Both the position numbers and the translations under genes were made by a program. This document shows positions 52,207-64,000 of a stretch of 64,000 nucleotides of DNA, piece by piece. The notes beneath the pieces were generated by a model. The model saw nothing but the letters and a program-made list of their open reading frames with translations. It made no database searches and had not been told where the DNA came from. Origin of the DNA: Lama guanicoe (taxonomy: Eukaryota); the NCBI GenBank assembly GCA_013239625.1, contig MU054187.1, positions 2,489,757-2,553,756 of the forward strand, given 5' to 3'. Every line of letters starts with the position of its first letter. Within the stretch, counting starts at the first letter, position 1.

Positions 52207-52840
52207 AACAGGGCCCTGATTTGGAACTTTCTGGTTGGCATTAAACAATCAGAAGTCCTCCCAAAGCAGCAGTGAGGCGGGCACCCTCCAGGGACCACGC
52301 CTCGGGGGCCACTCCGGAGGATGCTGGTGACAAGCTTCACTGTGGATAGTCCATGTTCCTGCGAGGATGGGCAGTGTCTAAATCTTAAAAAAAAAATTTT
52401 GATAAAATGCACATAACATTAAAGTTACATTTTAACCATTTTAAGTGTGCAGTTCAGTGGCATTAAATACATTCACTTTGCTGTGGGACCATCACTCCCT
52501 TCTCCTCCAGAACCTTTTCATCTTCCAAATGAAATGTCCCAACCTTTTACACCATCACTCCTGTCTTGAATGAATGTTTCACCAGTAAGAGCCCAGTTCT
52601 GACATTTGTTATGATAATGAGTAAGTCGCTAGTGTTGGCAACGAATACCCATTTTCGATGGTCAGGATACTGGAGAGCAAGTCCTTAGTGCCAGCTGGGA
52701 TTGTCTTCGGGGCAGAAGGGTGGTCACGCTGTCTCTGGCCGGTGTCAGATGTGCAGCTAATCAAGAGCCCCTGGAGTGTGCACTCCTGGTAACACATGCG
52801 TGAATTTGAGCTGACACTAGCTGGCGCACTTGAGTGTACG

Positions 52841-52850
52841 CACATGCGCG

Positions 52851-52887
<37 letters not shown>
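52841..52887. repeat. Compound (CG)n(CA)n microsatellite
   Basis: cacatgcgcgcgcgcgcgcacacaca...cac, with uninterrupted purine-pyrimidine alternation. Confidence 0.9.
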
Positions 52888-52892
<5 letters not shown>

Positions 52893-53484
52893 CACTGACT
52901 ACACTAAAATAATATAAAGCAAGTCAGACGCCATGACCACCAGCAGGAAGCTTGGTCCTAGGTGCTGAGCACGTGCTTAGTTAGTATTTACCGGGGAGAG
53001 AATAAGGGAAAGGACGAACCAGAGTGGAGAAACGGGATTCCGTTAGTCACATTCTTAGGAATCTGACACTTGGCATTTTGTGGTTCGGTCTCTCAGGAAG
53101 ACGATAGTCTGAATATTCTCCCAACACTGATAAGAACAGTTGTGTCAGACTGGACATTGCCTGGGGGTGTCCCAAAGTCCTGCTGTCCTAGAGTTCTCAT
53201 GTGCAGTCGCTGCCCGTCTCTCCTGCCCCCAGCCTCCTTGACACCCGAGCAGTGCTCGAGTTTCCAGCAGAGCTGACTGCAGCCGGGGATGGAGGTACTC
53301 CCCTCGGCCCCCGGCACAGACCCACCATGGAGCCAGGACTGGAGCTCTGTTGGAATTCAAGGTGGGCTGAATGTCGCTTTGGGGAAGTCATTCTGGCTTA
53401 CGTATGATGTAATCTAAGCTTTATGCTAACTGGAGAGCTTGTCTGTGGCCCTTGTCCATTTGCTTTAACCATCAAAGACAAGAA

Positions 53485-53927
53485 TGCGTTTAAAAATCAA
53501 AATCAAAATGGAGTCGTTGTGGTTCAGGCACCCAGGAGGGAGCTGGGCGCTCATTGTTGGTGTGGTTTCAAACACGTTCCATGAATTTTCTGACCCGTGC
53601 CAAACTCAAGGACACCACCAGCCATTCTCAAAAAGGTTCTGCTGGGAGCTGCCAGCTGCAGCCTCATGGTCTCAAGGTCACCCCTTGACTGTGTAACCAT
53701 TTCAGAGCCCAATCCTCGCTTCTTGCAGCTCCAATTGTAATTCTTGACAAACAACTCACAGAATTTTGCCGTTTCTGCCTTTCTAAGCCTCCCTCATTTT
53801 GTAGTCCAGTGGGACACAATTCACGTGCTTCTTGAACCTGTGTCTCCCCTAGTTCTAGTCCTCAGTTTGGCTCAAATAAAACTATTTTCTGTTCCTTTTA
53901 TAGATTGTTTATTGATTGTTTTCAACA
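53485..53927 (+). mobile_element. ERV solo LTR-like element
   Basis: tgcgtttaaaaatcaaaatcaaaatggagtcg...ctcaaataaaact...gattgttttcaaca. TG...CA ends with AATAAA near the 3' end. Confidence 0.55.
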
Positions 53928-56679
53928 CCCCCAAAGCTGGTCAGAGGCTCCTGGGGACGAGGGTGGCAGAAGAACTGGTGTGTGCTCTCACACTGTGGAT
54001 GAGCACTGGGGTGGGGTGGATCTTTGCTTGAGGGAGGGAAAGCGGGAATGACCTCACCTCCCACTCCAGGAAACCGGTGGCTGGAAGAGGCTTTAAAAAT
54101 CACCAGGACGGACACATGGAGAGACCTGGGCCAGGAGGAGCTGAGTGGTGGGCAGAGGTGGGCCAGGGCGGCCAGACACCCACTGGAGGCAGAGGAACCC
54201 CGAGCCTCCTTTCCACACCCCATGACTGGAGGGCCGATGCACACAGGATGCTGTCTTTGCCTGGGTTTGCCTTGATTAAAACCAAAAGGCAGACACCAGC
54301 AGAATGTGGCTTCTGTAGCAGAAGTCTCAGTGAGAACGGTGGAAGTTGGAAGGGACTGGGGAAATTGACTAGACTGGGCTTGGTCTGGGGACACCGGCAG
54401 GAAGACGGTGGTGTGACAAGGGATACGAACAAGTACACAAACATGGATCAGCAGAACATGGATACAAACCCCGGCTCCCGGGGTCCCGTGCCCGCCCGCC
54501 CCGCCCCGCCTTCTCTGCTGGAGGTCTCCCCATCCCACACAGGGCAGCCTGTTTGTCTGTCCTGAAGCACAGTTACTCGCGAGGGCAGACCTCTGGTTCT
54601 CTGGCAGGTAGACTCACTGCGTGGTGTCTTATGATCGGGACCCCAGGATGAGAGTGAATTTTTTTTTATTGTAATAGAGTTGATGTACAATGTTGTGTTA
54701 GTTTCAGGTGCACAGCATAGTGATTCACTCATACACAGATGTATTCTTTTTCATAATCTTGTTCAAGAGAGTGAATAATTTAAAAAATCTTAATTTCGAT
54801 ATAAATTCACTTGAGATTTGCCTTGTCTTCAGAGTTTGGCCCTCTGGCCTACACTTGGCTCCTGGACTTGCTGGTCGGCACCGTCAAAGCGCCTGGGCAG
54901 TTTGGACCCATACAGTCGTCTACCTCTCTGACCTCTGATAATTGCCTCCAGTTTTTCCTCTCTTTCACTTAAGTTGGGAGGAGAGAGAGAGGATGGATGT
55001 GTGGCTGGAACTGAGTTATCCTGGCCTATCTCTAAAACTGTGTTGAATGCTAACATTAACTTCTGACATGGAGGTATTTATGTTGCTTATGATGTTAAAA
55101 TGAATGGCTGAAAATAACTTCTGTTTGCTCAGAAAGCCAGAAACAAGCGCAGGGCCGGGTGGGCACGTGTGGGTTAGAACTCTGCTGGGCAGGCAGAACC
55201 AGGGAGGCCAGCTGGTCCCCTTTTCTTATTGTCCCTTTTTTCAGAAAGTAAAAGCTGGGGAAGGGGGCTGGCTACCTCTGAGGCTGCTTAGACTGTGTGT
55301 GTTTTCTGGAAAACGCCTTCATTGTTCAGGGTGAGAAGCTGGAGGTTTATTTTTGTGCATCTCCGTTTTTAGCCGCAGATCAACGCTGCTGGCTCACGGT
55401 GGAAGCCCCTTGTAGGAAACACCCCTCACTGCACGTGTCCCTGGAGCATAGCAAGAGCCAAATTATCATCCCTCATGGGCTGATTGTCTGGGGAGAGGAA
55501 ACATCTTGATACGTCCCTGAGACAGATGGGTCATGTCAGAGAAAGTGTCACCGGTCCTCGACAGCTGACACTCAGGGACCGCTAGGGGTGCGATGCCAGG
55601 TGCCAGGCCTTCCAGCTCACCTGCCCAGGGACTGCTGTCCATCACATCTCATTACCCAACTGTGTACACTTGGCTGCCATTTTCCCAAAGACACTTACGC
55701 AGTGGTATTTTGTAACGACGTCAATTCTTTTCCTGTCTGACCTAGAAGATTACGGTGACTCAATGCTGGCCGGTCAACCTGAAAGATTAAATCGAGGACA
55801 TTGGCTTAATGACTTTAACAGCTAGTGTAAAGGATTCCTCAAGTGTGAGGATCATGATATAAGATATGGCTGGAAATGCTACTCAATCTTAAAGAGAAAG
55901 TAAGTCACATAGCTCAAGGCGTACTTCATGACTGCGTTTCTTAAAGAACAAGCGTCACGTTTTAGGAGATGTAAACAGAAGTAAAGACATGGGTCTTAGG
56001 AAGAATCAACAGGCGCTGAACTTGTAAGAGGCTCTCCTATGTGAATTGGGATCCAATTGTATGTTGACAACTGTGCAAGAATGCTATTCTGATTATGAGA
56101 ATTATCTTCTTAGTTGAATTCCATTGGGCTAAACTTTTATTTGATCTAGTTCAGGATTTTGCAAACATTCACAAGCTTAACAATCTTAGGGGCGCTTGGC
56201 CATAACGCAGACCCCCGGGCCACGTCCTCAGACCGCAGTAGCTATGGGTAGCTGGTTGCCTGGCCCTCAAGCACCTTGCCACGCTGTTCTGGCCACTGGA
56301 TGCAGCACTCAGGTCAGATGGAAAGAGCAGCGTGAAAGGCAGCCTCCTCTTCGCCTCATGCAGTGTGATTTCCCTCAAATTTAGCAAAGCCTTCTCTTCT
56401 CTCTGAGAAAATCAAGTCAAATGATTTTATTTTAAAAATACTTGGTATAGACTCTATGGACGAACAGAGAAGCAAGACAAATACCAACAGTACAGAAGCT
56501 CCTTTTCCTTTGGGATCTGTTTCTCCTGCTGCTTTTTTGGAAGGCAGCCATCATTTGAAGCGCTTGGGAACACCGCGTAAGAGGAGAGACTCCCCCCCGT
56601 GCCTTCCGAGTCCTAAGCCGCTGCCTACTGGGCTTGGATATCCCACAGGAGCCGTAAACTTGATGTGCATAAAAGCAGG

Positions 56680-58645
56680 TGTACCATCAGAATTCCAATG
56701 GCATTTTTTTTTGCAGAAATAGGAAAAAAAACACCAAAATTCATATGGAATCTCAGATGATCCCAAACACCAAACATTTTTTTGAAAAAGAAGAATAAAA
56801 TTGGAGGACTCAGAGTTCCTGGTTTCAAAACATGTAACAAAGCCACAGTAATCAAAACAGTGTGGTGCTGGCAGAAGGACGGACAAACAGACTAACGGTA
56901 CAGAACAGACAGCCCAGAAATACACCCTGGCGTATGTGGCCACGTGATCCTGGAGGACGGTGTCAGGAGCATTCAGCTGGGAAAGGGTGATCTCTCCAAC
57001 AGCGGGTGATGGGAAAACTGGATGTCCTCCTGCGGAAGAATGCAGTTGGACCCTTCTCTTACAGTGAATGAAAAAGTTACCTCAAAACAGATTAAAGACC
57101 TTAACATAAGACCCCAAAACTATAAAACTTCTAGAGGAAAACATAGGAGAAAATCTTAATAACACTGGATTTGCCAATGATTTCTTAGGTATGACACCAA
57201 AAGCACAGGCAACGAAAGCAAAATAGACAAACGAGACCACATCAAACTTAAAACACTTTTGTGCACCAAAGGACACGATCAACAGTGTGAAAAGGCTCCG
57301 TGTGGTGTGGGAGACATATTTGCATTTTGTGTTCTTTTGTGAGATGGTCAGTCAGGTTTGGCCACCAAAGGGGAGTCAGGAGAGGGGCAGGAGAATGATG
57401 CTTCTTACACTCCCAGGTCCCAGAGATGGGGCGGCAGGCCGTGCCGTGCAGGGCCATTTGAGGGGCACACCAACGGAACCAGCTGAACTCAGAGTTGGGG
57501 GGCTGAGAGACACAACGCCTTTACTGGGGTTCAGCATGGGCTACACAAGAAACAGGCTTTGGTACATGTGAAGGTCACTAGGTCACAGTCAGGGAGAGGG
57601 CAGGGACCAGCCTTCTCGCCCTGATGTGCTGGTCCCCGGGGCTGAGTGGTCACAGCCTGTCAGTGAGGCTGTGGGTGAGGCAGCAGGAGGGTGTGAAGTT
57701 GGAAAGTTGACAACATAATTGACAAATCACATATCAGATAAGGGGTTAACATCCAGAACGTATAAAGAATTCCTACAACCCGACAACAACAAAAATCAAA
57801 TAGCTTGATTAAAAATTGGGCAAAAGACTTGAACAGATATTTTCCCAAAGAAACATAAAACAGCCAAGAAACATCTGAAAAGATGCTGAACATCACTACT
57901 CATCAGAGAAGTGTAAATAAAAACCACAGTGAGACATCATCTCGCGCCCACTGGAAGGATTACTATGAAAAAAACAAAACAAAACAGAAAACAACAGGTG
58001 CTGGTGAGGATGTGGAGAAACTGGAAACCTTGTACCCTGCGGGTGAGATTGTAAAATGGTGCAACCACCATGGAAAACAGTGTGGTTCCTCAAAATGTTA
58101 AAAACACAACTGCCATGTGATCCCGCAATCTCACTTCTGGGTCCATATCCAAAAGAATTAAAAGTAGGGTATTGGGGAGATATTTGCATAGCTATGTTCA
58201 CAGCAGCACTTCTCACAATAATCAAGAGGTGGGAGCAACCCAAATGTGTATTGATGGATGAATGGATAAACAAATGTGGGGGGTCCATACAATGGAATAT
58301 AATTCAGCCTTAAAAAGGGAGGAAACCCTGCAGCACACTACAACGTGGATGAAACTTAGGGACATTGCGCGACGGGAAATAAGCCAGTCACAAAAAGACA
58401 AATACTATAGCATTCCACTCAGGTGAGGTTCTTAGAGTGATCAAATTCATAGAGACAGAAAGCAGAATGGTAGCTGCCAAGGGCTGGGGGAGAGGGGAAA
58501 GGCAGAGTTACTGTTTAATGGGTAGTTTCAGTTTTGCAAGATGAGAAAGCTCTGGAGATGGACAGTGATGACGGTTGCACAACAAGGTGAATGTACTTAA
58601 CACTAATGAACTATGTACTTAAAAATGATTATAATGTTAAAAAAG
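56680..58645 (+). mobile_element. Old L1 (ORF2 3' half and 3'UTR) interrupted at ~57325-57724
   Basis: ORF2 relics (caaagccacagtaatcaaaacagtgtggtgctggc; QPPWKTVW...[15 protein letters not shown]) and an L1 3'UTR. Confidence 0.85.
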
Positions 58646-58659
58646 CAAGCTAGGTGTAT

Positions 58660-59210
58660 CCCTTTTCCTCTGTGACCGCCCTCTGTTCTGCATTATGGGG
58701 ATGCTTTGTTGGAAGCATCAACAGTAGCTCTGAATGATGTCGGCAGGAAAGGAATCAATTCCACACATACCATGTTTAACTGACTTGAAGATGTCCAGTG
58801 CGATGGACGCTTTTGTGGTGGACGAGGCCAGTGCTGCCCACATCCCCCTCTTCAGGTTCATCTCTTGGAGAGCTGATGGGGACAGCTCTCCGCTGGGCAC
58901 CCCATCCTGGGGTTTGCCTTCTGTTGGAGGGAGCTGCCCCACCCAAGGCTACACCTCCCTCTCGGTGACTGGGCTCTGTGGGGTTCAGAGCTCCTACTCC
59001 CCCGCCTTCAGGCGGGACCGCCTGCAGGGCCACGGGTGCAGGGCTCCCTGGGGGCTGCCAGGCCTCCATTTTTATTCATCACAGATCAGCCTCTCTGTCT
59101 CCTCCTCCTCCATCCTGCCGCCCCTATTGTTCTGGGGAGCCTTCGCCAGTCAACCGTCTGCACTCAAATCTCCCCAGAGGCTTTTTTCCTGGGGAACCTG
59201 GCCTAAGACA
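58660..59210 (+). mobile_element. Possible old ERVL-type LTR
   Basis: 3' end ...tcctggggaacctggcctaagaca resembles ERVL LTR termini; the 5' boundary is uncertain. Confidence 0.4.
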
Positions 59211-60921
59211 GCATGTTCCCATTTGATTGAGAGTCTTTTTCTTTCTTAATGTTCCATAAAATAAAGGTGTGACTTACCACTCATGGCGTCTTAGAGTCCA
59301 TAAAATAAGCTGGGAGATAGCCAAGGGCAAGGGTGGAGGCGGCGGAGAAAGGGCAGCGGTGGAGACCGGAGCTCAGAGGCCTTGGGCACCGTGCTGCTTG
59401 CCGTGTTTAGACTTTGTCTTGAAGGAAGGTCACATAAGCAAATTTGGTTTTGGAAAGATCTGCCCGGTTGAGGGGTGGATAAAGGATGGAAAGGACAAGG
59501 TTTGGAGCAGAGGAAACAGAGCCAGCTGTGTACGCAGGTGGCATAACAGAGGCGAGATCGCCAAGGTTTGGCCACTATCATGGCTGTGCAGATTTCTGGC
59601 TTGGGGACCAAACTGCAACAAGCCTGAGAGGTGGTGAAGGACTGCAGGGTGCCCCGTGTTTTATATGCCACGGACGAAGAGGAACAAGGTTCCCAGTGAC
59701 ACCGTGACCTGCTGTTGACTGTGGGACACATCCTAGTCTCAGGTATGTCAAAAAGTGGGGAAATGCGCGTATTAGCATTGAAGAACTGTAGTGCCTGCCC
59801 TCTCCCTCAAGTCAGGTCGGGCCACCTGCTCGGGATGTCTCCTTCAGCCCTCGGCGAGGGAGGCGCCCCGCTACGGCCTGGGCGGCCGTCAGCCTGTGGG
59901 CGCCGTTGTGAACCTTCACGAACAAACACCCACAGAAGCCGAGCGCACCGGCCGCTCTCTTGCGGGGTCAGGGATTCAGCAGCTGGAACAGGAGAACATC
60001 TGGCCGGATCGCCCGCGGCTGCAGGTGCCTCCAGCGGACGGCGGGCCCTGACGGAGCGCTGTCCCTGCCCCGGCGGCTGGTGCGCGGCCGGCCTGTGGGG
60101 CGGCGGGGGGGATGGACGCGCTAAAGCGCTTTTCTCTTGCAGCAACTGGCCCAGGAACTCCCCGGCACCAGACCCTCGCTGGCTGCGTATGATGCTAATG
60201 GGGATGCAGTGTCTGAGCTCAGAGGGTTTCAAAGAAAGGTCCGGGGGGCACTGGTGCTGGATCCAGGATCTCTTTAAATTTCCAAGCGATTGTCCCTTGG
60301 AGTACACATTTATACCGCGGTCACAGCTCGATATTTTTCCCGATGAAAATCTGAATGTCATCAAACACAATGTGTCTTGTTCCAGTGAGGACTTTTCGTC
60401 AACGTGTACAACAAGGAAGACTCTTTGTGGTCTTCCTCCATGCTGATGTGACCCAACTAAAAGGACAATGAAAAAAAAAGACCCTTAGAAATTTTTGCAT
60501 CAATCATTTTAAGGAGCCCGTCATTTTAAAGGAAATTGAGAGTTTCTCTGTTCACTCTGCCCATTTTGAGCTTTGCTGGCAGATTACCAGGGTCAAAACC
60601 GCCCACTGAGAGAGGTTGCTTATCACCCACTGAGAGAAATCTGGGGCTCACTGACTCCAGCTCAGCTTCCCAAACCCTCCCCACTGTGCCCCGTGGGAAT
60701 CGCGGCCTGCCCACAGCACTTGGCGCTAGCGCTGATCTCGTCTTTGCTTGGCTGTTGTCTTAGTCTTGAACACTCACTCCTCTTCTCTCTCCAAACCCTA
60801 ACCAGACACCAATACCCACTTCAGATCCCAGTTTATCCTGGAGCTTCTCTTAATCGCAGTTGTTCACAGACAGATTTCTTCCCTCTTATAAGAGTTATAA
60901 CTGGTACCATCTGACTTCTTT

Positions 60922-61642
60922 ATTTTATTTTTTTAAAATTCTAGTATAGTTGATTTACAATGTGCTAGTTTCTGGTGCACAGCACATTGATTCAGTTATA
61001 CATATATATGTTCTTTTTCATGTTATCGTGATAGGTTTTTGCAAGATACTGAATGTGGTTCCCTGTGCTAAACAGTAGGACCTTGTTGTTTATCTGTTTT
61101 ATGTATAGTAGTGTGTATCTGCAAATCCTAGACTCCTAATTTATCCCTCTCCCATCCATTATCCCCAATAACCATAAGTTTGTTTTCTAGTCTGTGGGTT
61201 TGTTTCTGTTTTGTAAGTTCATTTGTGCCATTCTTTTAGATTTCACATGTAAGTGATATCATACGACATTTGTCTCTCTGTCTGACTTACTTCACTTAGT
61301 ATGATGGTCCATGGTCCATCCATGTTGCTGCAAATGGCATTATTTCATTTTTTTATGGCTGAGTATTCCATTGTGTGTGTGTGTGTGTGTGTATATCACA
61401 TCTTCTTTATCCAGTCATCTGTCAATGGACATTTATCCAGTCATCTGTCTGGCTATCGTAAATAGTGCTGCTATGAACGTTGGGGTGCATGTATCTTTTT
61501 GAATTAAGAGTTCCCTCCAGATATATGCCCAGGCAGGAGTGGGATTGCTGGATCATATGGTAACTCTATTTTTGGTTTTTTAAGGAATCTCTATATTGTT
61601 TTCCATAGTGGCTGCACCAAATTATATTCCCACCAACAGTGT
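60922..61642 (-). mobile_element. 5'-truncated L1 with 18-bp TSD
   Basis: Antisense L1 3' end. TSD gtaccatctgacttcttt (60904) / gtaccatctaacttcttt (61643). Confidence 0.9.
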
Positions 61643-62949
61643 GTACCATCTAACTTCTTTTGTCTCTTTTATTATGATAAAATCCTTCATTTCTCATCTT
61701 CTGAATCACATGGGAAAGTCTTCATGGGTGGGAATTTTCTAACCTATTTATATATTCTTTTGTCTAGACACAGGATGCAGCAGATAGAAAATATTTAGAA
61801 ATAGCTCGGTGAACAAATGAATAGATGTTAATTTACTGGGAGGGATGGGAAGTGTTCCTGAGACTTCTCGCCTGGGGCAATAAAAAAGAAACAGCAGCTT
61901 TGCCACCTGGAAGGGTAGGAATCTGCCCGGAATGCCCTGGAAGAATGTGCCCAAGAGACTGACTGCAGGGACCAGAAGCATCTATGTGCTGGAAAGATTG
62001 ACTGTGTAAAGCTGTTATACACACAGAAAACGGACTTAGAGAGAAATCAATCCGTGTATGTGTATGCTGTGCTAAGCATTTGAAATAAATCAGGGCGGTC
62101 TCAAAAAATATAAGACAAACCAACTTAGTCGGACTTAGAATCCTCAGAGCAACAGATGAACACTGTAAACACAGCATGCTTTACTTATAAAACTCTTGGC
62201 TTCTCTAATTGTCTTATTTATCCAAGAAATGTTTCCTGAGCACCAATCATATGAAAGACAGTGTGACAACGCCCCAGAGAAAAATCGAGCACTATCCTTT
62301 CCGCTAGAGCCTTCCCATCTAAATGAGATATTTGCCAAGGTCATTAAATCCAGGTCACAAATTCTGAGCTGTGACGTTAAGTGAAGTAGAATTTAGTGGC
62401 AGAAATAACTGTTAACTGAGCTGGTGGGTAAGAATGTGGGAGCAATGTGAGCCACCTGGTTAGAAAGATTCTGGCCTTTCTCCTTCTGATCCTGGTGGCT
62501 GGCTTGTCCCCCACCTCAGGCTGTGTGCTTCCTCCAGGTCACCTATAGCCTCCCCAGCCCTCCAGTCTCCCACTCCAGGCACTTACCTTGGCTGCTCCTT
62601 TTCTAGCCCTTTCATTCTGTGGGGAACACTGGATGCTACCAATCTAGCCTTCAAGTCTCAACTGCCATGCCAGCTCCTCTGACCACCTGTGACTTGGTGA
62701 GGGACATTTTCCCTCTTCATGTAATAACTGAGCATATGCCAGCCACACAAAGCATTTTCATCTTTATTTAACTCACTTAAAACAGAGCTGCATGGTAAAT
62801 TCTATACAACATTCACTATACACACACACTTTCAGGCCAAGAGAGGTAATTCTGGATACGCTGATGACTCAGCCCTCGGGCCATGAATGATGCCGGGGAT
62901 GCCCAGCACAGACTCCTGCATGGAAGGGGAGTATTTCCACCCCTGCTCG

Positions 62950-63790
62950 CCCCCTGCCTTAGCGCGCTGCATCGCGATCAGCCAAACCTCTCACCTGGAC
63001 CGCGGCTCCTTGGGGCCGGGCTCGTAGGCAGGTGGACAGCTGTGCCCCAGGGCCTCGTACCTGGCGCGGATGCGAGCTGCGGGCGCGCGGGGCAGGAGGA
63101 GCGCCGAGCCACTGGGCGCGTGCGCGTGTGTGCATACGGGTGTACGTGTCCGTGCGTGTGTGCACCTGCGTATGCGCGTGTGCGCATGTATACGCATGCG
63201 CACCTGGCATGTGCGTGCGTGTGTGCGTGTGCGCACGTGCAGGTGCGCGTGTGCGGTGGGACGGGGCGAGTTCAGCTTTGTGCCCTGGGAGTGCGCGACA
63301 CAGCCGGCAGGGTCGCCGTGGCGGCCGTGGAAGGTGCGCCGGGACAGCGGTCCTCAAGCGAAGGCGACCACCCGGGCTGTAAAGGGCCTCGGGCCTCCGT
63401 CCTGCGGGGCAGAGCGCGGGCCGGCATCGCCGCGCGGCGGGCACAGCCCGGCTCCCCCCACAGCCGCGCCGGGGCCGCGCCGCAGGGGGCTGCGCGCACC
63501 TTCCCGCGGGGGACCCGCGGCCTCCCCGATTCCACTGGCTCTGCGTTCCGTCCGTCGCTCCCGACGTCACCCCTCCCCGCGCTGTCACAGGTTGACTTTT
63601 TCATAGCCTCTTGCAAACTGTTGAAAAAGGGACCAGGCTGAAAACAAGAAAATAATTTCCGTGCAGAGAGCGGGGACCGTTCGCGACCGCACTGTGTTCC
63701 TGCGAAGGACGGCGCCGTGTGACCGCAGCGGGCCAAGCACGCCTTCGCGACGGGGACGTGGGTGGCGTGGCGTCGTGCTACAGGTACTTC
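62950..63790. promoter_or_regulatory. Orphan CpG island with an alternating purine-pyrimidine tract (~63115-63255)
   Basis: Very high CpG density and (GT/GC/AT)-alternating repeats; no supported coding exon. Confidence 0.65.
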
Positions 63791-64000
63791 CCGGCCTCCA
63801 GGATGTTTTGCATTAGCCTCAGTTCATGCCAGAATCTTTCCTCATGAGGATGAAACGGCGTTTATTTAATGAACATTAATTTCTTTTCTTTAACATACTT
63901 TTCATTTCAGAATCTTTTTAGATTTACAGAAATGTTGGCAAAGTAGTGCACGGAGTCCCTGTGTACCCCCGACCGTTTCCCCATGTTAATATCTTACCCT

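Noticed and set aside
59715..60446. 243-aa ORF and antisense 187-aa ORF as a possible gene or processed pseudogene
   Set aside because: No protein family I recognise in the frames examined, and no poly-A/TSD pair. A BLASTX search would be needed to exclude it fully.
62883..63641. 252-aa ATG-initiated ORF
   Set aside because: It runs through a dinucleotide-like repeat (CVCA/HTHT translations) in a CpG island, a low-complexity artefact.

Overview
Mammalian genomic DNA, most likely a camelid (alpaca, llama or camel), judged from eight copies of a tRNA-derived SINE resembling the camelid Vic-1 family. The only protein-coding gene I can support is MRPL15 (mitochondrial ribosomal protein uL15m) on the + strand. 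It has five coding exons between 9390 and 14373, all introns are GT-AG, and the exons join into 891 nt (296 aa plus stop), behind a CpG-island promoter. The first ~8.5 kb is AT-rich and full of repeats. From ~17 kb the sequence is GC/CpG-rich non-coding DNA which, by recalled human synteny (LYPLA1-MRPL15-SOX17), should be the start of the SOX17 regulatory desert. It holds L1 fragments, solo LTRs, MER/MIR relics, two strong same-orientation CTCF motifs, several transcription-factor motif clusters and orphan CpG islands. The most unusual structure is a 9x24-bp Cys/Pro-coding minisatellite fused in frame to a young, TSD-flanked L1 whose ORF2 C-terminus has no stops. Almost all other ORFs in the track look like by-products of GC-rich sequence. 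I found no CRISPR array, rRNA gene, real tRNA gene or clearly novel multi-gene system. Repeat family names come from recalled consensus sequences, not a database search.
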